This document shows, piece after piece, positions 9,868 through 18,287 of a stretch of 51,104 bases of DNA (positions are counted from its first letter, which is position 1; each line of letters opens with the position of its first letter). The DNA comes from Agromyces sp. (GTDB lineage: Bacteria > Actinomycetota > Actinomycetes > Actinomycetales > Microbacteriaceae). The notes beneath the pieces were generated by a model, which was not told the origin of the DNA, did not search any database, and worked only from the letters and a program-made list of their open reading frames with translations. The DNA is taken from positions 1-51,104 of the forward strand of contig DASSBT010000031.1 of the NCBI GenBank assembly GCA_035698465.1. The letters are read 5' to 3'. A program made the translations under genes and the position numbers.

Positions 9868-11121
9868 ATGCCCCTCGATTTCGGTGCGCTCCGCCGGCAC
9901 CCTGACATCGACGGCCGTGGACTCGAGGCGTCGGATGCCGCGGACCGGCTCATCCTCGACGAATCCGCTGCGCTCGCCGAGGGGTTCCGCGAGGAGCTCG
10001 GTGACGAGCTCGGTGCGGGTGAACTCGTGGTGGTCGACGATGCGTACGGCGCGCTCGCGCTCGGATCCGCCGCGGCGGGCGCTCGCGGCATCCGCGTGCA
10101 TCAGGACCTGATCACCGGCGAGCGGGCGCTCGCTGCCAATGCCGAGCGGGCCGGGCTCGCCGGCGAGGTGCGCTCGCTGCCCCTCGGCCCCGAACTGTTC
10201 GCGGGCGCACGGATCGTGCTGTTGCGGCTGCCGCGCTCGCTCGATCGCCTCGACGAGGTGGCGGGGCTGATCGCCCAGCATGCGGCATCCGACGTGATCG
10301 TGGTCGCCGGCGGCCGCATCAAGCACATGTCGCTCGCGATGAACGAGGTGCTCGGCGCGTGGTTCGCGCGGGTCGACGTGTCGCACGCGCGGCAGAAGTC
10401 GCGCGTGCTCGTCGCGCGGGGATCGGGTCTCGAGACGCGTCCGACTCCGTCGGGCGCTCCTCGACCCGCGGTGGGCGCGGCTGCGTCGGGCGCTCCTCGA
10501 CCGGCAGGGGCGGGTTCGGCTTCGATGGGCGCTCCTCGACCCGCGGGAACCGGGTGGCCGCGCGGCGAGCGGCACGACGATCTCGGGCTCACGGTCGTCG
10601 CGCACGGCGGTGTCTTCGCGGGCACGGGCATCGACATCGGCACCCGGTTCCTGCTGCAGCACCTCGGCGAGGCGGTTCCGGATGCCGCGACCGCCGTCGA
10701 CCTCGCGTGCGGCTCGGGCGTGGTCGCGGCCTGGCTCGCACACATCAGGCCCTCGCTGCGGGTGACGGCGACCGATCGATCGGCGGCGGCCGCGGCATCC
10801 GCCCGCGAGACCGCCGAGATCAACGGACTCGCCGACCGCGTCACCGTCACGCAGGCCGACGGCCTCGAACTCCTGGCCGCCGCGAGCGAGCGGCTGATCG
10901 TGCTGAACCCGCCGTTCCACTCGGATGCCGCGCTGCACACCGGCATCGCCGCGCACCTGTTCGCCGACGCCGCGCGTGTGCTCGCACCCGGCGGCGAGCT
11001 CTGGTGCGTGTGGAACTCGCACCTGCGATATCGGCCGCTGCTCGAGCGCACGGTCGGACCCACCCGGCAGGTGGCGCGCAACGCGAAGTTCACGGTGACC
11101 ACGTCATCGCCGTCATCTTGA
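9868..11121 (+). CDS. Class I SAM-dependent methyltransferase, RlmG/RsmC (MTS)-like
   Basis: GVFAG..IDIGTRFLL, VDLACGSG, LNPPFH, WNSHLRY, ARNAKFTV; TAGCCT 6 nt before ATG (leaderless). Confidence 0.85.
   Translation: MPLDFGALRRHPDIDGRGLEASDAADRLILDESAALAEGFREELGDELGAGELVVVDDAYGALALGSAAAGARGIRVHQDLITGERALAANAERAGLAGEVRSLPLGPELFAGARIVLLRLPRSLDRLDEVAGLIAQHAASDVIVVAGGRIKHMSLAMNEVLGAWFARVDVSHARQKSRVLVARGSGLETRPTPSGAPRPAVGAAASGAPRPAGAGSASMGAPRPAGTGWPRGERHDDLGLTVVAHGGVFAGTGIDIGTRFLLQHLGEAVPDAATAVDLACGSGVVAAWLAHIRPSLRVTATDRSAAAAASARETAEINGLADRVTVTQADGLELLAAASERLIVLNPPFHSDAALHTGIAAHLFADAARVLAPGGELWCVWNSHLRYRPLLERTVGPTRQVARNAKFTVTTSSPSS
10426..10541. repeat. REP-like unit plus two partial duplications, in frame inside the methyltransferase
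   Basis: GGTCTCGAGACG...CGCTCCTCGACC (10426-10466) resembles intergenic GGTTTCGAGACG...CCTCCTCAACC (17578-17611); GGGCGCTCCTCGACC at 10452, 10488 and 10527. Confidence 0.7.
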
Positions 11122-11233
11122 GTGCGGCCGACGAGTGTACGCGTCGGGGGGCTCGTTGTCTGCCATTTGTCGTCGACCCAGCGTGGTGAGGGAGAATGAC
11201 GCGGGCGCTGCTGGGCGTTCGGAAGGGGTCGGG

Positions 11234-11992
11234 ATGCCCGAACTGGAGCGACTGGCGGCTGAACTGCGACTCGCCGCCGTGCGCGGTCAGATCACCGCCC
11301 TCTACCAGCCGCAGGTGGAGCTTCGGAGGGGGCGGCTCGTCGCCCTCGAGGCCCTGAGCCGCTGGCAGCACCCGCGGCGGGGCGTCGTCTCTCCACTCGA
11401 GTTCATCCCGCTCGCCGAGGCCATCGGTGCGATGAATGAGATCGGCGATGTCATGCTCGCGGTGGCTTGCCGTTACGGCGCGGCACTCGCCAGAACCGGC
11501 CGCCGGCTCGAGATCGCGGTGAACGTGGCTGCAGCGCAGCTCGCCCAGCCGAGATTCGCCGAACAGGTCGCGGGCCATCTCGAGGATTCCGGCATGCCGG
11601 CCGCCCTGCTCACGCTCGAGCTCACCGAGACGCACCCGTCGCCATCCGAAGCAGCCAGCACGCTCGCCAGTGTGCGTGCCATCGGGGTCGGCGTATCGGT
11701 CGACGACGTGCAGACGGTCGACGAGGCAGCGGCGCGAATGGCCTCGCTCCCCATCACCGAGTTGAAGGTCGACCGCTCGGTCATCGAACAGCTCCCTGAG
11801 AACCCCGCCGAAGCCGCACGGCTGGTGCGCTTCGCTCGTCGGCACCGGCTGCGCGCGGTGGCGGAGGGGATCGAGAGCGAACCCCAACTCGCAGCGGTGC
11901 GAGAACTCGGCTTCGATCGGGCTCAGGGCTATCTGCTCGGGCGTCCGGAGTTGCCCCAGCGTCTGACGGCGCGGCTCACCTCACCTGCCTGA
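11234..11992 (+). CDS. Stand-alone EAL domain protein (c-di-GMP phosphodiesterase-like)
   Basis: YQPQV, EALSRW, AVNV, LELTE, VDD, ELKVDRS, AEGIE, AQGYLLGRP. Confidence 0.9.
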   Translation: MPELERLAAELRLAAVRGQITALYQPQVELRRGRLVALEALSRWQHPRRGVVSPLEFIPLAEAIGAMNEIGDVMLAVACRYGAALARTGRRLEIAVNVAAAQLAQPRFAEQVAGHLEDSGMPAALLTLELTETHPSPSEAASTLASVRAIGVGVSVDDVQTVDEAAARMASLPITELKVDRSVIEQLPENPAEAARLVRFARRHRLRAVAEGIESEPQLAAVRELGFDRAQGYLLGRPELPQRLTARLTSPA

Positions 11993-12039
11993 CCCGGCGG
12001 GCGCGGCTCACCTCACCCGCCTGAGTCGGCGGCTCACGT

Positions 12040-12315
12040 TCAGAGCGACTCGTACGGGTCGTCGTAGTTCCCGTCGCCGTCGGCCTCGGCGTCGGCGCCG
12101 CTGTCCGCGGCATCCCCACCGACCTCGATCTGGGTCCAGGTCACCGGCATACCGGGCGAGAAGAGGATGTCGATACCCGGTCCGCCTCGCAGCGGCGGGA
12201 TGTTGACGTACCCGCCGCCGGCCTGGATGGCGGCCAGGATCTGGCCGCGCAGTTCGTCGATCGGGTCGGCGAGGAAGTAGTCTCTGCCGTCTACCGTCAA
12301 GCGGTTGATCTTCAC
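12040..12315 (-). CDS. Small hypothetical protein
   Basis: 91 aa, GTG start with GGAGG RBS, acidic C-terminal tail; same strand as the two paralogs upstream. Confidence 0.65.
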   Translation of the reverse strand: MKINRLTVDGRDYFLADPIDELRGQILAAIQAGGGYVNIPPLRGGPGIDILFSPGMPVTWTQIEVGGDAADSGADAEADGDGNYDDPYESL

Positions 12316-12358
12316 ACCGCACCTCCGTTCTCTCGTCTACCTGTGTGCTGTCGCGCGC

Positions 12359-12673
12359 TCACTCCGCCACTCCCACGACCGACTCGGGAATGTGCTGGAG
12401 CCCGCCCGGGCTGTTGGCGCCGTCGAGGAGGGCCTCCAACCACGCGCGGTTGAGCTTCGGCGGCCGATTGCCGTTGTACTTGAAGTGCACCGGCACATAG
12501 GGACTGATCCAGATCGCGCTTCGTCCGCTGCCGCGTTCGACGCCGTGGTTCCAGGTCAGCATGAACTGCTCCCCACGTCGCAGCTTCGTCGCGACCACGA
12601 ACTGGAGGTGGGCGAGAACCCGATCTTCGATCTCGAACTCGGACACCCGGGAGCCGTAGATCAGCACGCCCAT
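12359..12673 (-). CDS. Small conserved hypothetical protein (DUF7882-like), paralog 2
   Basis: MGVLIYG...EDRVLAHLQFVVATKLRRGEQFMLTW...LNRAWLEAL...ANSPGGL; GAGGAG RBS. Confidence 0.8.
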   Translation of the reverse strand: MGVLIYGSRVSEFEIEDRVLAHLQFVVATKLRRGEQFMLTWNHGVERGSGRSAIWISPYVPVHFKYNGNRPPKLNRAWLEALLDGANSPGGLQHIPESVVGVAE

Positions 12674-12716
12674 GTCGTTCCTCCTCGTTGCACGAGATGA
12701 CACCGGCCGTCGTTGT

Positions 12717-13019
12717 TCATGCGTTCGCCTCGGGTTCGGGCGCGGGCCGTAGGCCACCGGCTGAGTTCGCGGACTTGGTGAGGATCTCGAGCCAGCGCGG
12801 GTTGAGCTCGCCGGGATCGGGATCGTCGAACTCGAACGACATCGGGATGGTCGGGCTGCACCACACCGAGGTTCGTCGCGCCTGCGCGGATTCGTCGACC
12901 CACGTGAATGCGAAGTGTTCGCCACGGCGCAGCTTCGACCAGATCACGACCTGCAGGTGGGTGAGCGTGCGGTCGTCGAATGTCGCAGTGAGCGCCGAGT
13001 TGTATGTCAGTGTTCCCAT
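12717..13019 (-). CDS. Small conserved hypothetical protein (DUF7882-like), paralog 1
   Basis: MGTLTY...DDRTLTHLQVVIWSKLRRGEHFAFTW...LNPRWLEIL...ANSAGGL; clearly homologous to 12359-12673. Confidence 0.8.
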   Translation of the reverse strand: MGTLTYNSALTATFDDRTLTHLQVVIWSKLRRGEHFAFTWVDESAQARRTSVWCSPTIPMSFEFDDPDPGELNPRWLEILTKSANSAGGLRPAPEPEANA

Positions 13020-13073
13020 CGTGCTCTTTCGTGATGCGGCCGCGGGCGCGCGGCTGATGATGTCACGTTCATA

Positions 13074-14516
13074 TCAGGTCCTCGTCACGCTGACGCGGTC
13101 GCGGCCGCCGCGCTTCGAGGCGTACATGGCTTCATCGGCGAGCCGAAGCAGGTGATCGGCGCTCGGCACCTTCGAGCTTCCTGACTCCCAGCTGACGACC
13201 CCGATGCTGGCGGCGACGGAATATCGCGGCGGAACGCTGTCGAGCGGGCGTCGTACCGCCTCACGGAGACGTTCTGCGATGACTTCACCGGATGCCGCGT
13301 CGGCATCCTCGCAGACGATGACGAACTCGTCTCCGCCATACCGTGCGACCGGATCCCCCGCGCGGGCCACCCGGCGCAGGCGCTCGGCCACTTCCACGAG
13401 CACCTCGTCGCCGACGCGGTGCCCGAGGTTGTCGTTGACGGCTTTGAAGCCGTCGAGATCGACAAAGACCACCGACAGGGCGCGGTCACTTCGCGCTGCC
13501 GCTGCGATCGCCGTGTCGAGCTGCTCCTGCAAGAGCTTGCGATTCGCGAGCCCGGTGAGCTGGTCGTGCAGTGCGCGGTGCGCCAGCTCCTCCTGCAGGC
13601 GAACGCGGCGGAGCACCTGCCCGGCCTGACGCGAGAGTGCGGCCAGGATCTGCCGGGTGTCGTCGTCGAACGTGCGATCACGGCCGAAGGCGCAGACGAT
13701 CGCGCCGGCTGCCCGTTCGTCGGTGCGCAGCGGCGCGATGCTGAGCGATGCGAGGCGCTGGGCGTGCAATGCATCATCGAGGCCGGGCATGAGCGCGCCC
13801 GCTTGGTCGAGATTCGACACGGTGACGACTTCGCCGCTGCCGATCGCCTGCTCGGCGAGTTCTCGAATGCCCGAGTTGAGGAGTTCGCGGATGGTCTCGT
13901 CCTCGGTGACCATCTCGAGCGGCTCTGGCCCCCGGGAGAGCAGCACCGCGGCGTTCGACGCGAGCAGGGCGGGGCCGACACTCTCAACCAGTGCCTCGGC
14001 GAGTTCCTGCGCCGAGGTGACGATTCCGAACGCACTCGACGCGTCCTGCAGGACCCGCACTCGATCTGCGGATGCCTCGGCCGCACGCCGGGCGGACAGC
14101 AGCTGACGCTCGTAGTCCTGGCGCTCCGTCGCGTCGAAGATGGCCGTGCGGATGCCGCCGCTCTGGCCGTCGGGTCCGGTGAAGGTGACCGCATTGACGA
14201 GGAGGGGCAACTCGGTGTCATCGGCGCACCGCACCGCGAGGGTCACCTCTCGCACCTCCCCGGAGAGGTTGAGGACGACGGTGAAGCGCGTCTCGTAGAA
14301 GAGCTGGGTCGAAGGGGTCAGAAGGTCGACGAAGGGTGTGCCGATCAGCGCCTGCTGGTCGAGACCGGTCCAACGGGCGAACGTGCGGTTGGCCCGGGTG
14401 ATGGTCCCGTCGGGTGTCGTGGTCACGTATCCGCACGGAGCGTCTTCGAACAGTGCCTCGAAGTCTTCGCCCGTGGGATCTTTCTCGGTCTCGGAGGGCG
14501 CTCGGAAGAGTGTCAT
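13074..14516 (-). CDS. PAS-GAF-GGDEF diguanylate cyclase
   Basis: LFEDAPCGY...ANRTF PAS, coiled coil, GAF-like middle, HDQLTGLANR, DLDGFKAVND, RxxD I-site and intact GGDEF; ATG overlaps the stop of the upstream hydrolase. Confidence 0.92.
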   Translation of the reverse strand: MTLFRAPSETEKDPTGEDFEALFEDAPCGYVTTTPDGTITRANRTFARWTGLDQQALIGTPFVDLLTPSTQLFYETRFTVVLNLSGEVREVTLAVRCADDTELPLLVNAVTFTGPDGQSGGIRTAIFDATERQDYERQLLSARRAAEASADRVRVLQDASSAFGIVTSAQELAEALVESVGPALLASNAAVLLSRGPEPLEMVTEDETIRELLNSGIRELAEQAIGSGEVVTVSNLDQAGALMPGLDDALHAQRLASLSIAPLRTDERAAGAIVCAFGRDRTFDDDTRQILAALSRQAGQVLRRVRLQEELAHRALHDQLTGLANRKLLQEQLDTAIAAAARSDRALSVVFVDLDGFKAVNDNLGHRVGDEVLVEVAERLRRVARAGDPVARYGGDEFVIVCEDADAASGEVIAERLREAVRRPLDSVPPRYSVAASIGVVSWESGSSKVPSADHLLRLADEAMYASKRGGRDRVSVTRT

Positions 14517-15340
14517 CGGAGGTACGCCCGGATCGAGTCGGTCAGCTCTTCGGGCGCAGAGAGGTTCGGGCAATGGCCTGTGGCGGAGAGCTGAACGAAC
14601 CTGCTGCCCGCGATCTGTTCGTGCACGTACCGGCCGACGTTCGTGGGCGCGATCACGTCGTCGGCGCACTGCAGTACCAGCGTCGGTGTGCGGACGACGC
14701 CGAGGTCGCGCCGGTTGTCGGAGAGGAACGTCACGCGGGCGAAGTGCCGTGCGATCTCGGGGTCGACACTGCACAGGCTCTCGGTGAGTTCGAGCGCGAG
14801 CTCGGGCCGCTCGACGTTGCCCATGATCAGCGGCGCCATCGCCTCCGACCATCCCAGGTAGTTGGCGTCGAGTGCGTCGAGCATCCCTTCGATGTCGTCC
14901 TGCTCGTACCCGCCTTCGTAGTCGGATTCGGTGTCGGACAGGTATCGCGGTGACGGGCCGACGAGCACCAGGGCGCCGAAGCGAGAGGGATCCCGGATCG
15001 AGGCGAGCACCCCGACCATCGCGGCGACGGAATGCCCGACGAAGACGACATCCTCGAGATCGAGCGCTTCGAGCAGCTCGAGTATGTCAGCGGCATAGCC
15101 GTGCAGAGAGTCGTACTTGACCGGATCATAGGCAGCGATGTCGGAGCGCCCGGCCCCCACCGCATCGAAGAGCACGACACGGTGATCCGACTCGAAGTTC
15201 GGTGACACGGTGCGCCACATCTCCTGGTTGCACCCGAAACCGTGCGCGAAGACCATGGGCCGCGCGCCGACGACCCCCGACAGCGTGACGTTATTGCGCC
15301 TGAGCACGCCCGCTTTCGGCGGGGGGAAAGTCACCGTCAT
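14513..15340 (-). CDS. RsbQ/KAI2/D14-like alpha/beta hydrolase
   Basis: RRNNV, FAHGFGCNQEMW, GHSVAAM nucleophile elbow, SPRYL, ATGHCPNLSAP; GAGGAG RBS. Confidence 0.9.
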   Translation of the reverse strand: MTVTFPPPKAGVLRRNNVTLSGVVGARPMVFAHGFGCNQEMWRTVSPNFESDHRVVLFDAVGAGRSDIAAYDPVKYDSLHGYAADILELLEALDLEDVVFVGHSVAAMVGVLASIRDPSRFGALVLVGPSPRYLSDTESDYEGGYEQDDIEGMLDALDANYLGWSEAMAPLIMGNVERPELALELTESLCSVDPEIARHFARVTFLSDNRRDLGVVRTPTLVLQCADDVIAPTNVGRYVHEQIAGSRFVQLSATGHCPNLSAPEELTDSIRAYLR

Positions 15341-15552
15341 GCTGCTCCTCGAGCGAACCGGGGTCGTCATGTCGGCACTGCCGGCGCAATGAGCAGATCG
15401 TCCCTCTCTTCCGACCATAGCCTTCGAGGCGGCGAGACGCGCATTCTCTCGCGAGATGTCAAGTGGGCTTGACTCGCGAATCTGGATCAACTATTAGGCG
15501 GTGCCGCGTCGGCCGGGTTTCGTGGCGCGCGAGGTCGTGTCAGGCTGGAGTC

Positions 15553-15843
15553 GTGACCGCGACACTCGAGCAGCTCGACTCCGAGACGACCACCCGCGTC
15601 GTTGCGAACGAGCCGTGGCGCACGATCGTGTGGGACGATCCGGTGAACCTCATGACCTACGTGAGCTACGTGTTCCGCAGCTACTTCGGCTACTCGCGCG
15701 AGAAGGCCGAGCAGCTGATGCTGAAGGTGCACACCGAAGGGCGCGCGATCGTGGCCACCGGCAACCGCGAAGCGATGGAGCGGCACGTCGAGGCCATGCA
15801 TGGTTATGGGCTGCAGGCCACCGTGGCGAGGGCCGAGCCGTGA
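15553..15843 (+). CDS. clpS: ATP-dependent Clp protease adaptor ClpS
   Basis: [20 protein letters not shown]...[13 protein letters not shown], the actinobacterial ClpS pattern. Confidence 0.93.
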   Translation: MTATLEQLDSETTTRVVANEPWRTIVWDDPVNLMTYVSYVFRSYFGYSREKAEQLMLKVHTEGRAIVATGNREAMERHVEAMHGYGLQATVARAEP

Positions 15844-16334
15844 TCGTTGCGGGCCGCAGCGGTGGCGAGGGCGTGCGTCTCGTGCTCGAGGCCGAAGAGG
15901 CGATGCTGCTCTCGGAGCTCGCCGACCAGGTCGACTCTGTGCTGCTGCTCGGCGAGGTCGACGAACCCGCGCTCGGCCGGTTGCTGCCCAGCGCCTATCC
16001 CGACGATGCGCCGGCGGCGCACGAGTTCGCCCGCTACACCCGCGACAGCCTCGTCGACGGCAAGCGGCAGGCGGCGCAACGGGTTCGCGATGCGACCGCG
16101 GTCGACGACGGCGATGACACCGTGGTGCAGATCGAGCTCGACCAGTCGGAGGCATGGGGCTGGCTCACCTTCCTCACCGACCTGAGGCTCATCCTCGCCG
16201 AACGGGTGGGCGTCATCGAGGAGGGCGACCTCGCCGCAGACGAGACCCGCGACGACTACCTGCGCGCGGCCTACGAGTGGGCGGGGTTCGTGCAGGGCTC
16301 GATGCTCGAGGTGCTCGACCCGACCGACGGGTAG
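15840..16334 (+). CDS. DUF2017-like protein (usual clpS neighbour)
   Basis: [10 protein letters not shown]...[23 protein letters not shown]; GTGA overlap with clpS. Confidence 0.8.
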   Translation: MIVAGRSGGEGVRLVLEAEEAMLLSELADQVDSVLLLGEVDEPALGRLLPSAYPDDAPAAHEFARYTRDSLVDGKRQAAQRVRDATAVDDGDDTVVQIELDQSEAWGWLTFLTDLRLILAERVGVIEEGDLAADETRDDYLRAAYEWAGFVQGSMLEVLDPTDG

Positions 16335-16390
16335 CCTCCGGCGCCCGAGCGACGACCGCCCCTACAGTGGTGCCGAGAAGGGGAGGACGG

Positions 16391-17500
16391 ATGAGCCAGT
16401 CTTCATCGATCAGGAGGATGCTGCGGCATCCGGCAGCGACCGCCGAGTCGGTGGAGTCGGTGGCCCTGCTGCTCGGCGCGGCAGCCTTCGTCGTGGGTGC
16501 CGCCGTCGCGACCATCGTGTTCTGGGGGCGTGACGTCGCGATCTCGGGACCGGGATCGCTCGGCCAGTTCGTCGCGCTCGGTGCGGCCGTGACGGCGATC
16601 GTCGCGTTCGTCGCGGGCCGGCTCGTCATGAGGGTGCCGAATCCGAACCTGCAGCACGAGCTTCCCCACGGCCTCGACGTGCCGGGCGCCAAGCTGCACT
16701 GGTTCGATGTCGCGGCCCTCGCCATCGCGCACGGTGTGATCGCCCTGCTCGGCTGGATCGGCATCGCCGACCTGCTCGAGCAGAGCTTCATCGGCGCGGT
16801 GGTCTTCCCGTTGCCCGCCGCGATGCTCACCGGCGTGGGCCTCGCGGTCACCGCGTACGTGGTGTTCCTCTCGGCGGTGCGGCTCACGCCGATGCTGCTC
16901 TCGCTCGTGCTCGCGGTGTTCCTCGTGGTGGGCGCGCTCGCGGCGATGCTGAGCTCGAGCGATCCCGAGTGGTGGAAGGAGAACCGCTCGGCGCTCGGCA
17001 TCACGAACGACCTCTCGTCGTTCGCGTTCAACCTCACGCTGATCATCGCGGGGGCGATCGTCACGATCATCGCCCGCTACGCGACGGCGACGCTTCCGGC
17101 AGCGACGCCGGTCGAGGCGAGGCGCCGCAACCTCGTGCGGCTGGGGCTGATCCTGATCGGGGTGTTCCTCGCGTGCGTCGGCATCTTCCCGGTGAGCGAG
17201 TTCTTCCTGCTGCACAACACGGTCGCGACCGGCATGGCGATCGCGTTCGCGGCGATCGTGATCGGGCTGCCCCGACTGCTGCCCTCGATGCCTCGCGTAT
17301 TCGTGATGCTCGGGTACGTCTACGTCGGCGTGATCGTCGTGCTCGGCATCTTCTTCGCGATCGGCTACTACAACCTCACCGCCGTCGAACTCGTCGCGGC
17401 GGTGCTCATCTTCAGCTGGATCATCGTGTTCCTGCGCAATGCCGGAGCGGTCGAGCGGGCGCACGAGGTGCCCGAAACGGCCTCATCCCTCGTCGGTTGA
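16391..17500 (+). CDS. Integral membrane protein (DUF998-like)
   Basis: Many TM segments; WW..N.SALG, FN.TLI, VGIFP, LHN motifs; GGAGG RBS; paralog at 21780-22910. Confidence 0.75.
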   Translation: MSQSSSIRRMLRHPAATAESVESVALLLGAAAFVVGAAVATIVFWGRDVAISGPGSLGQFVALGAAVTAIVAFVAGRLVMRVPNPNLQHELPHGLDVPGAKLHWFDVAALAIAHGVIALLGWIGIADLLEQSFIGAVVFPLPAAMLTGVGLAVTAYVVFLSAVRLTPMLLSLVLAVFLVVGALAAMLSSSDPEWWKENRSALGITNDLSSFAFNLTLIIAGAIVTIIARYATATLPAATPVEARRRNLVRLGLILIGVFLACVGIFPVSEFFLLHNTVATGMAIAFAAIVIGLPRLLPSMPRVFVMLGYVYVGVIVVLGIFFAIGYYNLTAVELVAAVLIFSWIIVFLRNAGAVERAHEVPETASSLVG

Positions 17501-17645
17501 GGAGAGCGACGAAGGAGCGTCTCCTTCGTGGGTTGAGGAGCGACGAAGGAGCGTCTCGAAACCGGCCAGCGCGGGCAGGTTTCGAGACGGCGCTGGCGCG
17601 CCTCCTCAACCCGCGAAGTGTCTTCGCTGGCGCGCCTCCGCAACC
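17495..17645. repeat. REP/BIME-like inverted repeat cluster
   Basis: GGTTGAGGAG...CGTCTCGAAACC and inverted GGTTTCGAGACG...CTCCTCAACC, each with a partial duplicate. Confidence 0.8.
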
Positions 17646-17650
17646 AATGC

Positions 17651-17686
17651 GGGAGGGCCGGATGCCACGTGGCATCCGGCCCTCCC
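17651..17686. terminator. Perfect 36-bp palindrome between convergent genes (bidirectional terminator candidate)
   Basis: GGGAGGGCCGGATGCCAC-GTGGCATCCGGCCCTCCC. Confidence 0.65.
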
Positions 17687-17704
17687 GGTCGTCGAGTTCG
17701 ACGA

Positions 17705-18115
17705 CTACGCGTTCTGCGTTGGATGCGCGAGCGCCCGCGCCTTGAGGAGGTCGTACTCGCCCTGGCTGATGGTGCCGGAGTCGAGCAGGGCCTTCGCCTT
17801 CGCGATCTCGTCGGCGGGACTCGCAGACGTGCCCGCGGTCTGGCGAATGTACTCGTCGGTGGCCGCCTGTGCCTGCCGGTACTCCCTCTGCGAGCGCTCG
17901 GCCATGCCGTTGCCGCGGGCGATGAGGTAGACCAGTGCGGTCAGGAAGGGCACGAAGATCAGGAAGATGATCCACACCGCCTTCCACCAGCCGTTCAGCT
18001 GACGGTCGCGGAACAGATCGCCGATGATGGCGAAGAGTGCGAACAGGTACGCGATGAATGCGAACGCCCACAGGAACCACCAGATCAGGTCCCAGAAACT
18101 CTCCCAGAAACTCAT
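17705..18115 (-). CDS. PLDc_N-like two-TM plus SHOCT domain protein
   Basis: DLFRD..LNGWWKAVWIIFLIFVPFL..LVYLIARG; C-terminal ADEIAKAKALLDSGTISQGEYDLLKARAL. Confidence 0.85.
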   Translation of the reverse strand: MSFWESFWDLIWWFLWAFAFIAYLFALFAIIGDLFRDRQLNGWWKAVWIIFLIFVPFLTALVYLIARGNGMAERSQREYRQAQAATDEYIRQTAGTSASPADEIAKAKALLDSGTISQGEYDLLKARALAHPTQNA

Positions 18116-18287
18116 GTAACGCCTCCGATATCGAAGAGCGCCTCCGGTTCGGGCGCCTCTGGGGCGAACTTATCGCGTGCCGGCTCTGGCCGTCCAGCAT
18201 TTCGGGAGGATACGCTCGACGCGGAGGTCCGACGTTGGGGGACATGTCCGCGCATCACAGCGTGATCGACGCCGATCGGTGGTCGTC

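Noticed and set aside
17495-17686. Repeat cluster as a CRISPR array
   Set aside because: The repeats are inverted and partial with no unique spacers, and there are no cas genes; it fits REP/BIME
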